Virus record (IMG/VR): IMGVR_UViG_3300027839_000001
Span: 1 to 64,000 of that record
DNA length: 64,000 nucleotides
Reading direction: 5' to 3' (one strand)
Origin: a virus
The notes under the pieces are model-generated. The model did no database searches. It worked only from the letters and a program-made list of their open reading frames with translations, and was not told where the DNA came from. A program made the position numbers and the translations under genes. The first letter of the stretch is position 1; each line of letters begins with the position of its first letter. Positions 48,861 to 59,412 of this stretch are shown here, piece after piece.

Positions 48861-50542
48861 CCCACGATTTACAGTGGAAATAAAATGCTTGGTGAACGCC
48901 CACCTGAATGGTTCATGGGAGACGGATGAACGCTGGCACCTGACTGGTTGATTTGGGACCTGTCAGAATCATGCAGGTGGCATGACTGGGCGCACCTCAA
49001 TGCGAGAGACGATGAAGACAGGCCATTATCCACGTAACGGGTGGCTTCACAGCAGGTAGGGTCATTGCAGAAATCTACTACTTCGCCGTTCGAGTGTTCG
49101 GCGGGTTATTTTACAGAAGGCATGTCAAATGGGAATCATGGCAAACATAATCGACACGTACGAAGAGGTGTTTTGATGTTTTGGTACGTCGGGCCACTCG
49201 CCTACACCGAGGAGCCAATTGCATCCGAAGAGATCGCGACGATGCGAGCCAAGACGGTGCGCGGAAGTAATCCGCCCCGTAAGCAACTCGGGCCGAACGA
49301 ACTGCCCCCGCCTCAATACGCATGGACAATGCCAGCACGACTTAGCACGCGAGGAGGTCGAATGCTCGACCTTCGCCCGTTCGGATCTATGGCTAACACC
49401 AACGACAGCGGCGGCGAGAATCATTTCGCTATCGTGGCTACCGACAGCCGACCGGGTACGACGCCCGACGGCTGGACTTATTTAGGCGGCGGAAATCCCG
49501 GCGATGTCACGCTCGACACGCAACAGCGCCAGCGAATCGGAACCGGCGCGGGTATCACTATCGAGTCGAACAGTCTATCCGGCGCGATCCATGAGGCGTT
49601 CGTTTACAAAGCCGACCCAGAGGGGCTTACCGGCCCCAAGCCGGTGATGCCCTCTCGACACAGCCGCGTGACCTTTCGCGGATTAGGCCGACATCGGAGT
49701 CTGTTTGTTCCGATTGAATGGAACCGGCCCGAGTTCAAGCCATACCTCGACCACATACGCAAGGAATACAAGCACCGACTCGACGGATCTCAAGACGATG
49801 TCAAGCACCGGATGTGGATCGCTCAATTCCTCGACAACCACGGCATCAACCGAGCCGAGTTCCGAAACTTCCAAGATCCGACCACGCCGCCCGAGTCGCC
49901 GTTGGACCCACAGACGCCAATTACGGAATCATTCCCCGGCACATCCGGCACTCTCGGCGGCGACCTCACTTGGTACGAATACGACAGCAACTTTCAGAAC
50001 GTCGGCGGGGTCGGGTTCAAGTCGAGCAGCGCCCACGGGACGGCTCGCGTCGAGCAGGATATGAGCGGCGGCGACGTGTGGGTACAGAACGCCATCAATG
50101 GCGGGCAAAATGGGTGGTTTGGCTGCGCTGTTCGGTTCGCGTCGGACGCGGAGACGTGCTATTGGTCATACACCCGAGGCGGAAGTGCGGGCAATAAGCA
50201 CGCTCGGATAACCAAGCGAGTCGCCGGAACGGATTCGACGCTAACGGATGTCATCGGTTCCGCGTTTCCTAATAGCGATTACAATGAACGCCTTGAGATA
50301 ATCGGCAGCAATCTAGAATTGCTCGCCAACGACGAAACAACTAGCCACCTCACCGTGACCGATTCGTCTCTCAGTTCAGCCAACGTCCGCGTTGGAGTCA
50401 GCGGGCGAGACAGCGGTGGGGACGCATTTGCGTACGACTTCCAGGCCGATGTGTTTGCGGCTGCTGGCAACGTCGTCGGAATGGTTACAGCAGCCTACAT
50501 GAGCTGAGTAACCAACGATTTACAGTGGAAATAAAATGCTTG
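48852..50542. repeat. 40-bp direct repeat (48852-48891 and 50503-50542) flanking a CG-rich gene
   Basis: GCTGAGTAACC(C/A)ACGATTTACAGTGGAAATAAAATGCTTG, 39/40 identical, centred on the palindrome. Confidence 0.93.
49176..50507 (+). CDS. putative tail-tip/receptor-binding protein with C-terminal lectin-like beta-sandwich
   Basis: ATG after GAGG; C-terminal G/S/T-rich beta pattern; visibly higher GC/CpG than the flanks. Confidence 0.55.
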   Translation: MFWYVGPLAYTEEPIASEEIATMRAKTVRGSNPPRKQLGPNELPPPQYAWTMPARLSTRGGRMLDLRPFGSMANTNDSGGENHFAIVATDSRPGTTPDGWTYLGGGNPGDVTLDTQQRQRIGTGAGITIESNSLSGAIHEAFVYKADPEGLTGPKPVMPSRHSRVTFRGLGRHRSLFVPIEWNRPEFKPYLDHIRKEYKHRLDGSQDDVKHRMWIAQFLDNHGINRAEFRNFQDPTTPPESPLDPQTPITESFPGTSGTLGGDLTWYEYDSNFQNVGGVGFKSSSAHGTARVEQDMSGGDVWVQNAINGGQNGWFGCAVRFASDAETCYWSYTRGGSAGNKHARITKRVAGTDSTLTDVIGSAFPNSDYNERLEIIGSNLELLANDETTSHLTVTDSSLSSANVRVGVSGRDSGGDAFAYDFQADVFAAAGNVVGMVTAAYMS

Positions 50543-50555
50543 AGGGAGATAAATA

Positions 50556-52274
50556 ATGCACTACGTCGTCAAAAAAGGCACCACCAATTTCAGCGTCGAG
50601 TTGTATATCATCGACAACACCGACGGAACGCCCGAATTGGGAGTCGTCTTCGATACGAGCGGCATTGATCTCAATTATCGCCGAGAGGGTTCGGCCCTCG
50701 TGACGGTCACAGAAGCGACGCTCGCCGCGCTGACAACAGCGCATTCCGACGGCGGATTCAAAGAGATCGGCAACGGGCGCTATCGGTTCGATCTTCCCGA
50801 CGCCGCATTCGCCACCGGAAAACAAAACGTCACAATCGGCGGCACGATAACGGGCATGATCGTCATGCCCGTGTTGTGTCAATTGGTGGACTACGACCCC
50901 GAGGACAGCGTACGGCTCGGACTTACGGCGCTACCCAACGCGGCGGCAGAAGCATCTGGTGGACTCTACACGCAAGGCAGTGGTTCGGGTCAAATAGCCC
51001 AAGATTCAAGCGGTAGAATCAATACTAATTTAGTTGCAATCAGTAGCTCGACATCCTACGTTAGCACGCTAAACACCGCGTTAGCCGACTATTATAGTTA
51101 CGGCTATTTTAACGCAAACGTCTACGCAATCAATACCTCAGCGTCATACGTTTCGACAATGGATTCGTTCTTCTCTGACTACATGAGTAACGGATATGTG
51201 ACGGCGAACGTCGCGTATATCTCTGGCTCGGCGTCATACGTGAGCTACCTAGATACGATATGTAGCGACTACTCAAGCGGCTATTTAAATGCGAACGTCG
51301 CGTATATCAATGGCTCGGCGTCATACGTGAGCTACCTAGATACGATATGTAGCGACTACTCAAGCGGCTATTTAAATGCGAACGTCGCCGCGATCAGCAG
51401 TAACACGGGTAACGTAAGCAGCTTCGATACCGCTTGTGGCGACTATTCAACTTATGGATTCAATGCGAACACCAACTACATTGAAAGCTCCGACGCGACC
51501 GACCAGATCGGTGATGCAGTCTGGGACGAAGAAGTTACGACAGGCCACACCACAGCAGACAGTGCGGGCAAGAAGCTAAACGACGCGAGCGCAGCGGGCG
51601 ACCCCTGGAGTACGACGCTAGGCGGATACGGAGCGGGAACGGCGGGGTATATCCTATACACAAACCTTGATGCACCAGTTTCCACTGTTGATACCGTGGT
51701 TGATGGTATTGCTACAACCCTGGGAACTGCCGGTGCTGGTCTTATGGACCTGGGTGGCATGTCTACAGCCATGAAGGCCGAAGTAAACACAGAGGCCGAC
51801 GTTGCATTGTCAGACATCGGATTAAACTATCTTGTTGCTGCTGACGCAATCGTGGGCGCTTACGATCCTGTCGATGGGTCAGTCTTCACTCAGATCGTAT
51901 CGAAGTCAGTGAGTCCATCCTGGGGCGACTTCTCTCCGTTGTACCAGTCATTAGAGGCGGTTGGTGACGTTACGAGTGCATTAGGTGTGACGGCGGCAGG
52001 CAGGCTAAAGGAGTCTGCGAGTCAGATCATCCTCGGTGTCGTCGACACGGTGGTGAACACGCACACGCCTACGACTACCGTGCTTCAGGCAGACGATATC
52101 ACTGAGGCAACTGCTGATCACTTCGTAGACAGGGTTATCATATTCACAACTGGTGTTCTGGCAGGGCAGCAGGCAGTCATAACCGGATACTCACTAGTCG
52201 GCGGTATCGGTCAGTTCACCGTAGCTGTAATGACTGACGCACCTGCTAACGATGATGAATTCATAATAGTATAG
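50556..52274 (+). CDS. putative tail fibre/virion protein with 29-30-aa Tyr/Ser repeats
   Basis: 572 aa; five NANVxxIxxSxSYVSxxDxxxxDYxxGY repeats. Confidence 0.65.
   Translation: MHYVVKKGTTNFSVELYIIDNTDGTPELGVVFDTSGIDLNYRREGSALVTVTEATLAALTTAHSDGGFKEIGNGRYRFDLPDAAFATGKQNVTIGGTITGMIVMPVLCQLVDYDPEDSVRLGLTALPNAAAEASGGLYTQGSGSGQIAQDSSGRINTNLVAISSSTSYVSTLNTALADYYSYGYFNANVYAINTSASYVSTMDSFFSDYMSNGYVTANVAYISGSASYVSYLDTICSDYSSGYLNANVAYINGSASYVSYLDTICSDYSSGYLNANVAAISSNTGNVSSFDTACGDYSTYGFNANTNYIESSDATDQIGDAVWDEEVTTGHTTADSAGKKLNDASAAGDPWSTTLGGYGAGTAGYILYTNLDAPVSTVDTVVDGIATTLGTAGAGLMDLGGMSTAMKAEVNTEADVALSDIGLNYLVAADAIVGAYDPVDGSVFTQIVSKSVSPSWGDFSPLYQSLEAVGDVTSALGVTAAGRLKESASQIILGVVDTVVNTHTPTTTVLQADDITEATADHFVDRVIIFTTGVLAGQQAVITGYSLVGGIGQFTVAVMTDAPANDDEFIIV
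51204..51388 (+). repeat. 87-bp tandem duplication within the virion gene
   Basis: Units start at 51204, 51291 and 51378 (partial); 2 mismatches between the full units. Confidence 0.9.
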
Positions 52275-52323
52275 CCTGCGCAGGCGAAAGGTGTCCGCAT
52301 TTCTTTCCACTGGAAATTAGAGT

Positions 52324-53214
52324 ATGGCTACACGACTTGGATTAACCGGAACACCCGCTGCCGCCGCCAGCGGTCCCCCTCCAGCCTCGCCGATAAACCT
52401 CACGCTCACTACTATCGAGCAAGTGAGCGAGAGTGGCTTCGATGCCGTCATAACAGTACGCAACATACCGTTCAGCTTTCCAGATTCAGAAGTCGAGGTC
52501 GGTGTCACTCCCGTAATCGGATGGGAGCTAGAGCTAACAACACTAGAGTCACTGCCTGAGGTGGGCGTTGACGGTCGAGCCGACATTACAATCGGTACGG
52601 TTCAGCTACAGTCTCAGAGTCCAAGTATAGACACAGAGGTACGTAATGTACCTACCATCGAAGTAGAGGTAGAGCAAAGACTTGAACTGGTATACGACCA
52701 GAACCATACTCTAACCACTACGGAACTGGAACCTGACATCTCAGTGCAGGCTGAGACTGCCAAGGTTATAGACATAGTACTGACTAGCATCGAGACTGAC
52801 ACATGGGGCAGGATAAACGCAGTCAATACTATAGCCGATACGACCAAGTTCATTCACACTGGCAGGTCGCAGTCGTCGAACGTCCTAATGGGTGTTAACG
52901 CAGGGCCGTTCAAGCTGAACCACGCCATGACTACTTACAAGCGAGGGTCTAAAGTAAACGTCCTTCACCTCTCAGTAGTCAAGCCAGTGGTAGTCACAGT
53001 GCAGGCTGACTTCAAGATGATCATACCTATCATGTACGTAGAGTCCGGTGAGTTCAGCTACAAGGACAGGGCACAGTACCTGAAGATCGAGAACGATGCA
53101 TTGGTCGATGGAGTCATGGCACAGGATGGCGATACTGAAGACATACCAGTATTACTCAAAGATAACGACGGACGTTTGATCACAGGCATACAAGCCAGAA
53201 GAGTCTCGGTCTAG
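52324..53214 (+). CDS. putative virion protein
   Basis: 296 aa, T/V/E-rich, bounded by palindrome copies. Confidence 0.65.
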   Translation: MATRLGLTGTPAAAASGPPPASPINLTLTTIEQVSESGFDAVITVRNIPFSFPDSEVEVGVTPVIGWELELTTLESLPEVGVDGRADITIGTVQLQSQSPSIDTEVRNVPTIEVEVEQRLELVYDQNHTLTTTELEPDISVQAETAKVIDIVLTSIETDTWGRINAVNTIADTTKFIHTGRSQSSNVLMGVNAGPFKLNHAMTTYKRGSKVNVLHLSVVKPVVVTVQADFKMIIPIMYVESGEFSYKDRAQYLKIENDALVDGVMAQDGDTEDIPVLLKDNDGRLITGIQARRVSV

Positions 53215-53231
53215 TTTACACTGGAAATAAA

Positions 53232-55835
53232 ATGACATCAGACGAATCCATAGTAATCAACGGCGTGGAGCAGGAAGGCGGCAGCCGCAGTGTTGCCTAC
53301 ACCTACGGCGGGGAGATATGTCCAGACTCAGCGAACTTTGGGTACGTACATGGACCCTCTCCATCAGTAGCTACTCTATCCCACACTGAAGCCATAGACG
53401 CACCAATGGGTTCAGACCTTTCTCTTCAGGTTGGGGTTGCACAATGGAGAGGGTTCGTCATTCAAAGCACAAAGACGCTAGATACGGAGACTGGCGAGAC
53501 TTACAGCATACGAGCGCACGACTGGAGAGACAGGCTGCACGACGTGTGGTTCTTTGCTGCATTCAACATGCATGAAGACGACGGCAGGGTGTGGCACATG
53601 CCGGAACACCTGTGGGAAAATCAGACCAAGGTATACATCTCTAAAGAACTCAGTCAGGTAGACATAGACGATCTACAGTTCTTCGAGGAAGACATAGAGG
53701 ACCCGGCATACAACGACCTGCTTGAGAACCTTCTTGGAGAGAGCTACATAAGTGCAGCAAGCATCATAGAGATACTCGGCCTAAAGCACGAGTTCATATG
53801 GGCAGCAGAGGAGAGAGTATTTGAAATACTAGACGAAGCTGTGCCCATGAACATGGACTGGATATCTGGCGTAAAGGTAGTAGACGCCCTACAGCAGGTG
53901 CTTGAGTCGTGCGGCCTTCAGTTCACCATATACGGTGAAGATGTAATCATGATCACACTAAGGGGATGGACTAGCGAGGAGCTTGTCAACCAGTACATGG
54001 CAGGTCTTGACGATCCATGCATATGGGGTGCGAATCAGATTTCCACTGGAAAGGAATTGAACATGAAGGGCAGGAGAGTCTTGCTCGTCGGAGGAAAGAA
54101 CACGCAGCAGTGGACGTACCCATGCAGGCAGAACTGGAATGCCAACTGGGACTGGCAGCTATGCTATGGTGGATGGCAACTAAGTGCATTCCTTAAAACT
54201 AATTTCAACTCAGAGGGACAGAGTCTCACTAGATGGAGCAAGATAAAAGAGCTACCAGAAGAATACCATGACCACAATCTATGGAGTGATGGCGTAAAGG
54301 TTCAAGGCGAAGGGGCTGTCGACCTGAAGAGAACAAGGATGGAGATGACAGTACAGGAGTATATCGACAAGGTGGCGTGGAAGGTTTACATAGTTGACCC
54401 TAACTGGTCAGTCAGTGAGATGAACCCGGCCCCTGAACTCAACACCGATTTTGACGCGCTGGGAGAGGAACCCTACTACAATACCATTCTGCAAAAGATG
54501 GACAAAGAGACGCTCGTGCCTGAGAATACTTATCGCGGAACAGAGGCAACCGTGACTCTGCCTGGTGATCCGCAACCGGAGTCGCTGGATGAGATCGACG
54601 ATGTAGAGCTTGCATTATTTCCAGTGGAAGAATGGGACGATTCAGAAATAGAGTCGAACATAGACAACGGATTCACCGGCGATTATAACTTCTCATTCCC
54701 TGTATACAACAAGCTAAACACAGACACGAACCTGAAGATGCTTCCATATATAGCTACGAGGAGAATCCTTGGCGGCATGGAGTCAGCACTTGATAGACAG
54801 GTTACGGTGGTCCCAGTCACCAAGGGAGTGACTATCACAGAAGAAGAAGTCATAGACCCCAAGACACACAGGTCTGTCTTCAGATTAAGACTGGTGTTCT
54901 CTAATGCACAGTTCTGGATCGATGAGGACATGGACTTCAGGAAGATGGATAGCAGAAAGGCTGACAGGATAGTGGTCACGCTGGCTCATGGCAAGGACAT
55001 GTATACACATGAGGCAGGAGAAGAGATAGGGGCTGTGTTTGATAGGGGTCCAGGTCCAGAGCAAGGCTTCCAGCAAAACGCACGGATACGAACACAAAAG
55101 CACAACATACCTACACTGCACAAGGCTTTTGTGGATGGTGGTGAGTACAATGTTCTCGCAGAGAACTTCAGGCTAGACCTTGAAAACGGTGGGTCAGAGC
55201 CAGCAGTGAGGCCAATCAATGCCGATGCGGTTGCAGGCAAGATCTCACACCAGCTATTGTTCCACGATGCTATCAACCGTACAGGATACATGGAGTTCGA
55301 TGAAACTACGGGAACCCTGCCAGATGGAATGATCGAATCAGTATCCGTACGATTCAGTGCAACAAATGGCATTACGGAGCGTGTTAATTACACAGGTGAG
55401 GAGATAGATGACAACCTGATACGGGCACCTTTCAGGATAGGAGCAAGCAGGCTGGTCAATGATCTTGAAGATATAAACAGAGACATTCTTAATTCAGTTC
55501 TCCCTCTAATATCAACTAAGGTGCTGAATCAAGCATCGAAGAAGGACTCAACAAGTTCCGATCTAGGAATATCCGATACGTCCACCGAGGAACGTAGGAT
55601 GATAGAGTTCAACAATGCCGGTGCCGATAAAGCTGTCGTTGAGGTCAAACTGGAAAGGACGCACATGCAAATGAACGAGGCACTGGCGTGGGAGGGGATA
55701 GTTAAGCATGGAGTAGTGGTAATAGGTGAAAGAAATCGACCAAAAGAAGGTGTGTACTTAGACCCTCGGTGGTCATACGATATCGAATCATACTTAGAAG
55801 ACCTTCAGGCCCTTTACGACGCGGAGGGTGGATAG
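53232..55835 (+). CDS. putative baseplate hub / central tail protein
   Basis: 867 aa; QWRGFV...YSIRAHDWRDRL N-terminal pattern typical of hub proteins. Confidence 0.55.
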   Translation: MTSDESIVINGVEQEGGSRSVAYTYGGEICPDSANFGYVHGPSPSVATLSHTEAIDAPMGSDLSLQVGVAQWRGFVIQSTKTLDTETGETYSIRAHDWRDRLHDVWFFAAFNMHEDDGRVWHMPEHLWENQTKVYISKELSQVDIDDLQFFEEDIEDPAYNDLLENLLGESYISAASIIEILGLKHEFIWAAEERVFEILDEAVPMNMDWISGVKVVDALQQVLESCGLQFTIYGEDVIMITLRGWTSEELVNQYMAGLDDPCIWGANQISTGKELNMKGRRVLLVGGKNTQQWTYPCRQNWNANWDWQLCYGGWQLSAFLKTNFNSEGQSLTRWSKIKELPEEYHDHNLWSDGVKVQGEGAVDLKRTRMEMTVQEYIDKVAWKVYIVDPNWSVSEMNPAPELNTDFDALGEEPYYNTILQKMDKETLVPENTYRGTEATVTLPGDPQPESLDEIDDVELALFPVEEWDDSEIESNIDNGFTGDYNFSFPVYNKLNTDTNLKMLPYIATRRILGGMESALDRQVTVVPVTKGVTITEEEVIDPKTHRSVFRLRLVFSNAQFWIDEDMDFRKMDSRKADRIVVTLAHGKDMYTHEAGEEIGAVFDRGPGPEQGFQQNARIRTQKHNIPTLHKAFVDGGEYNVLAENFRLDLENGGSEPAVRPINADAVAGKISHQLLFHDAINRTGYMEFDETTGTLPDGMIESVSVRFSATNGITERVNYTGEEIDDNLIRAPFRIGASRLVNDLEDINRDILNSVLPLISTKVLNQASKKDSTSSDLGISDTSTEERRMIEFNNAGADKAVVEVKLERTHMQMNEALAWEGIVKHGVVVIGERNRPKEGVYLDPRWSYDIESYLEDLQALYDAEGG

Positions 55836-55851
55836 TTTCCACTGTAAACAT

Positions 55852-56925
55852 ATGGCCCTTAGAACATTATCTAATCAACAAGACCACACACCAATAGCTC
55901 AGCCATCGGGTGAGTTTACTGTGTTCTGGCCTGGGTACGACATACCTGAGCGAAGAACAAACAAGGAGAAGAGGGTTTTAATAACCAGCTTAATGAAAGG
56001 GACAAGCTTCGGAATCTCAGTGTCTGAACTTAGCCACGAGTCTCTAGTTAAGTACGGAATAGAAGACCACCAGGTCTACATCGAAATGACAGGGAACGTC
56101 ATAGTTGATGGAGTCTGTCTCGTAAAGGTCTATTACGACGGGACCGATGACACCGGAAGGGTTTACGCAGGCGAGCCAGTAGTGTTTGATACGCAGACAG
56201 CGACTGCCGTGACGGGAATAAATGAGACATGGGAGAAAGATGAGTACAAGGTAGTCGGCATAGCAATGGAGGATCACGAAACTTCGCAGAACCTTCACTG
56301 GGACGACCAGATATACTCAGTGATACCAGTCAGGCTGATACCACCAATCCTAGAAGACGCGGAGGAGATGCACGTAGGTATCGTTGGTACGGGCGGCATT
56401 ACTGGTGCTAGAAAGCTGGTAGAGGATGATGTCACTGCACCGGAAGTAGAAGAGGGGGAGCCTGAAGAAGAGGCACCCTATAATCCAGAGCAGTTCTCTG
56501 AGGGCGACATATTAATAGGCTTCGGTGAAGTTGAACTTATGTACGAGAAGAAGGTGAAGCAGGACCCAGAGGACGACGACGAAGAAGGGGAGTCCATCCT
56601 TAAGCAACGGCTAAGTGATGAAACCGTGATACTGAAAGAGGTGTCGAATGCCAAGGGATACGCAGCGCCCGGCTATCTAGTCACCGTACATAAGGACGAC
56701 AAGGGCGTGTGGTGGGTAGAAGGGCCTGACAACTACGTAGCTACACTGAGTGAGGACGCCGACGCAAACGCTTCAGCACTGGCTAACCTCAAGGTAAACG
56801 ATCATGAGCTAACTGTTCACCATGACGTGTTCACTGGCGGAGGAACCCTGGAATCTGGTGCTAAGATAAGAATTCGCTGGAATAAGAAGAAGCTACACTG
56901 GAGCATTATAGGGGCGGAATGTTAA
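55852..56925 (+). CDS. putative tail-tip protein
   Basis: Acidic ORF ending WSIIGAEC, abutting the Cys-rich gene. Confidence 0.6.
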   Translation: MALRTLSNQQDHTPIAQPSGEFTVFWPGYDIPERRTNKEKRVLITSLMKGTSFGISVSELSHESLVKYGIEDHQVYIEMTGNVIVDGVCLVKVYYDGTDDTGRVYAGEPVVFDTQTATAVTGINETWEKDEYKVVGIAMEDHETSQNLHWDDQIYSVIPVRLIPPILEDAEEMHVGIVGTGGITGARKLVEDDVTAPEVEEGEPEEEAPYNPEQFSEGDILIGFGEVELMYEKKVKQDPEDDDEEGESILKQRLSDETVILKEVSNAKGYAAPGYLVTVHKDDKGVWWVEGPDNYVATLSEDADANASALANLKVNDHELTVHHDVFTGGGTLESGAKIRIRWNKKKLHWSIIGAEC

Positions 56926-58929
56926 ATGGATAAGTTCGGAGTCAGCAGGTGCTGCTGTGGTGCTAGGTATCTCAAGTGTGATTGCAGTCTCGTATGCACT
57001 GAAGGGACTACACCCTGTTGTGTAACGATCACAATAGAGGGTGCAGAGAATCTACCGGCAGATAACTTCGCACACTGCAACGAGTGCGAGAGCCTTAACG
57101 GCACATACATACTCACATCCAACCTTGATAGCTGCCACTGGAGGGGAAGTCTGTGCCAGAACGGCGGAACTGCAAGGCCGGGAGTGTGCTGTGCATATGA
57201 GCATGTCGAGCTTATTTACAGAGACAGACTTCCATTCTCTGGTGAAGAGGAAGGGCATAGATGGTATCTTACTTTCGTAAACGGACCTACCTATACGGCA
57301 GAACATGATCATGACCCAGAGGATCTCGACGATCCAGAGTACAAGATAAACTGTGAGTCATTGTCACTTACAATGGAGGCCACTGCATCTGATATAGAGG
57401 CAGAAACCACTGAATTCTGGTGTAAGTTTCCACTGGAAATCACAGTCAGGACTAGCTCGTCCGATGCCAGATCAGGATGCATTGAAGAGTACACTTGCAG
57501 GGACGACACCGGCTCTAGGTGGCCTCGGTGCGACTGCTGGGACCTCCCTTTGTCGTACACGGTTAGCTTCGATGAGGATATTATACTCAAAGAACATGAA
57601 GCCGAGGAGGATGAGTGCGTAATAGGCGATGTCTTAAGCGACCTTAATAGTCCACTGACTCTCAGGTACAAGACCGCATACTGGTCAGAAACGGCTGGGC
57701 CATGGGGTATTTCTGAAAGGCTCGCATACGATCAAGCTAGGCTTGACTGCATTATAGACATAGGATCGTTCACCAAGATCAACGCACTCGGTCCTTCGTG
57801 CCAGCCAGGCCAATATGTTGGCGTCGAGATGTGGATCACAAGGATGCCGACATTGACGGTGCCAACGGTTCCGTTTCAGTTTGACCTAGCTGCCGTTATT
57901 GCATTCGTTGAATTCGATGAGCTAGGAGAGAAGACATACAGTGCATATCTTTGGAAGAGAGTCTCATCTGACTGTTCTTCACCTAGCCCTGAGACGCATT
58001 GGTCAGAGAGAAGCGGGTGTGAGTGCACTGGAACCATAGGCGACTCAAGTGGATGGGAACTAGTTGAGTCAGGTGACGTTCTCCGAACAACTGACGACGG
58101 AGGATTCGACCCAATACAGATAGTGCCATCTGAGATATACGACTTCTCGGATCTTTCCACTGTAAATGTTAGCTTCCCAGAAGACACAGACAACTGCGGT
58201 GACAACGATCCCTGTCCAGAAGATGGGTGCATGACCTGTATAGATGACTACAATACAGGGCCAGTTAATATCGGAGTTGAGTTCCAGGCCAACACAAAAG
58301 CACCTGAGACGCCAGAGCCTCCACCTGGGCAGTTCATATTTCCACTGGAAATCAACGGAGATTGCGAGGACTCATGCCCACACCTAGAGTCTGGCATGTA
58401 TGTTCTTGAGTACAATAATGGCAATGGTGGATCAGGAGTCAGATGCTTAGGGGGCGATGTCTGGACCACGATAACAACGGAAAGAAATGACCTTGGACAG
58501 TCAGTGTCCGTGCCAAAGAAGGTTTATAGCGGTGGTTGCTCCTGGAGGTACAGGGTAGAAGGATTCTCTGGGTGCGGAATGTACAGAATATCGCTCGGTA
58601 ACTACACTATAGGAGCCGACCCATACCACTGGATAATCAGACTTGCGATTGGTGGAAATCAGAACTTCAATGCGCAGAATCCTACGGTTTTTTCGACGAC
58701 TTGGAGCCTTATATTCGAGACACAGATACCGATCCTGTCTGAAATAGGGGGAGTGCAGGCCAGTACTCCTGAGCAGACCAAGTACCTGATGATGGAGCAA
58801 CTAGACGGTCTAGAGCTTGAGTTGGTGAGCCAGCGCAATGGAATGAGGAACCAGCAGATAGTGTTCAGTGAGGCGTGCCACATAGACGAGACAACAGATG
58901 CGGCACCAGTGATACTGAGGACACTATGA
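56926..58929 (+). CDS. Cys-rich putative tail-tip protein
   Basis: 667 aa; N-terminal CCCG; repeated C..C..LNGxYxL..CxW modules. Confidence 0.7.
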   Translation: MDKFGVSRCCCGARYLKCDCSLVCTEGTTPCCVTITIEGAENLPADNFAHCNECESLNGTYILTSNLDSCHWRGSLCQNGGTARPGVCCAYEHVELIYRDRLPFSGEEEGHRWYLTFVNGPTYTAEHDHDPEDLDDPEYKINCESLSLTMEATASDIEAETTEFWCKFPLEITVRTSSSDARSGCIEEYTCRDDTGSRWPRCDCWDLPLSYTVSFDEDIILKEHEAEEDECVIGDVLSDLNSPLTLRYKTAYWSETAGPWGISERLAYDQARLDCIIDIGSFTKINALGPSCQPGQYVGVEMWITRMPTLTVPTVPFQFDLAAVIAFVEFDELGEKTYSAYLWKRVSSDCSSPSPETHWSERSGCECTGTIGDSSGWELVESGDVLRTTDDGGFDPIQIVPSEIYDFSDLSTVNVSFPEDTDNCGDNDPCPEDGCMTCIDDYNTGPVNIGVEFQANTKAPETPEPPPGQFIFPLEINGDCEDSCPHLESGMYVLEYNNGNGGSGVRCLGGDVWTTITTERNDLGQSVSVPKKVYSGGCSWRYRVEGFSGCGMYRISLGNYTIGADPYHWIIRLAIGGNQNFNAQNPTVFSTTWSLIFETQIPILSEIGGVQASTPEQTKYLMMEQLDGLELELVSQRNGMRNQQIVFSEACHIDETTDAAPVILRTL

Positions 58930-59363
58930 CCGACAAATGCGTGTTCGACAGAGAGGGAGATATCGCCACTTGCACCATCTGCGATAGATCCGTAAAGGTT
59001 CCTGTACATATAAAGACCTTCAAGATCAACAGGGCCTGCACGGGATTTCCAGTGGAAACAAAGGAGTTCCCGCCCGTATATATACAAGCCTGGAACTATG
59101 CAGTGTCAACATTCTGGCATCTATTCAATCTATGCAGGCATGCAGGCAAATCGGTTGTCGCCAGGAGATTTACGCAGTGCAAGCCGTGCGACTGGTACAC
59201 AGGCAAGGGCGACGGTGACAAGCGTGGAAGGTGCATAGGATGCGGGTGCCCAGTCAATGACGTTGACGATGGCACTCATCCCAATAAGCTCAACAGGCTA
59301 TGGGATACATGCCCGTACAAGGAAGATAAAAAACGCAAGCCGAAGTGGTTGCCGATAGAGTAA
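58926..59363 (+). CDS. Cys-rich small protein (possible tail-fibre chaperone / metal-binding)
   Basis: ATGA overlap; CTIC, RxxxCKPC, CIGCGC, TCP...KW. Confidence 0.65.
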   Translation: MTDKCVFDREGDIATCTICDRSVKVPVHIKTFKINRACTGFPVETKEFPPVYIQAWNYAVSTFWHLFNLCRHAGKSVVARRFTQCKPCDWYTGKGDGDKRGRCIGCGCPVNDVDDGTHPNKLNRLWDTCPYKEDKKRKPKWLPIE

Positions 59364-59412
59364 GAAGACTAAAAATCATAATTATTTCCAGTGGGAATAT
59401 AGAGACAGAGAT

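Noticed and set aside
48892-49175. Upstream extension of ORF 49041 and short repeats (GAACGC..CACCTGA.TGGTT)
   Set aside because: A better start with an RBS exists at 49176; the repeats are too short and degenerate to interpret
51020-51480. Diversity-generating retroelement TR/VR pair
   Set aside because: The repeats are tandem and in-frame within one gene, and no reverse transcriptase is present in the window
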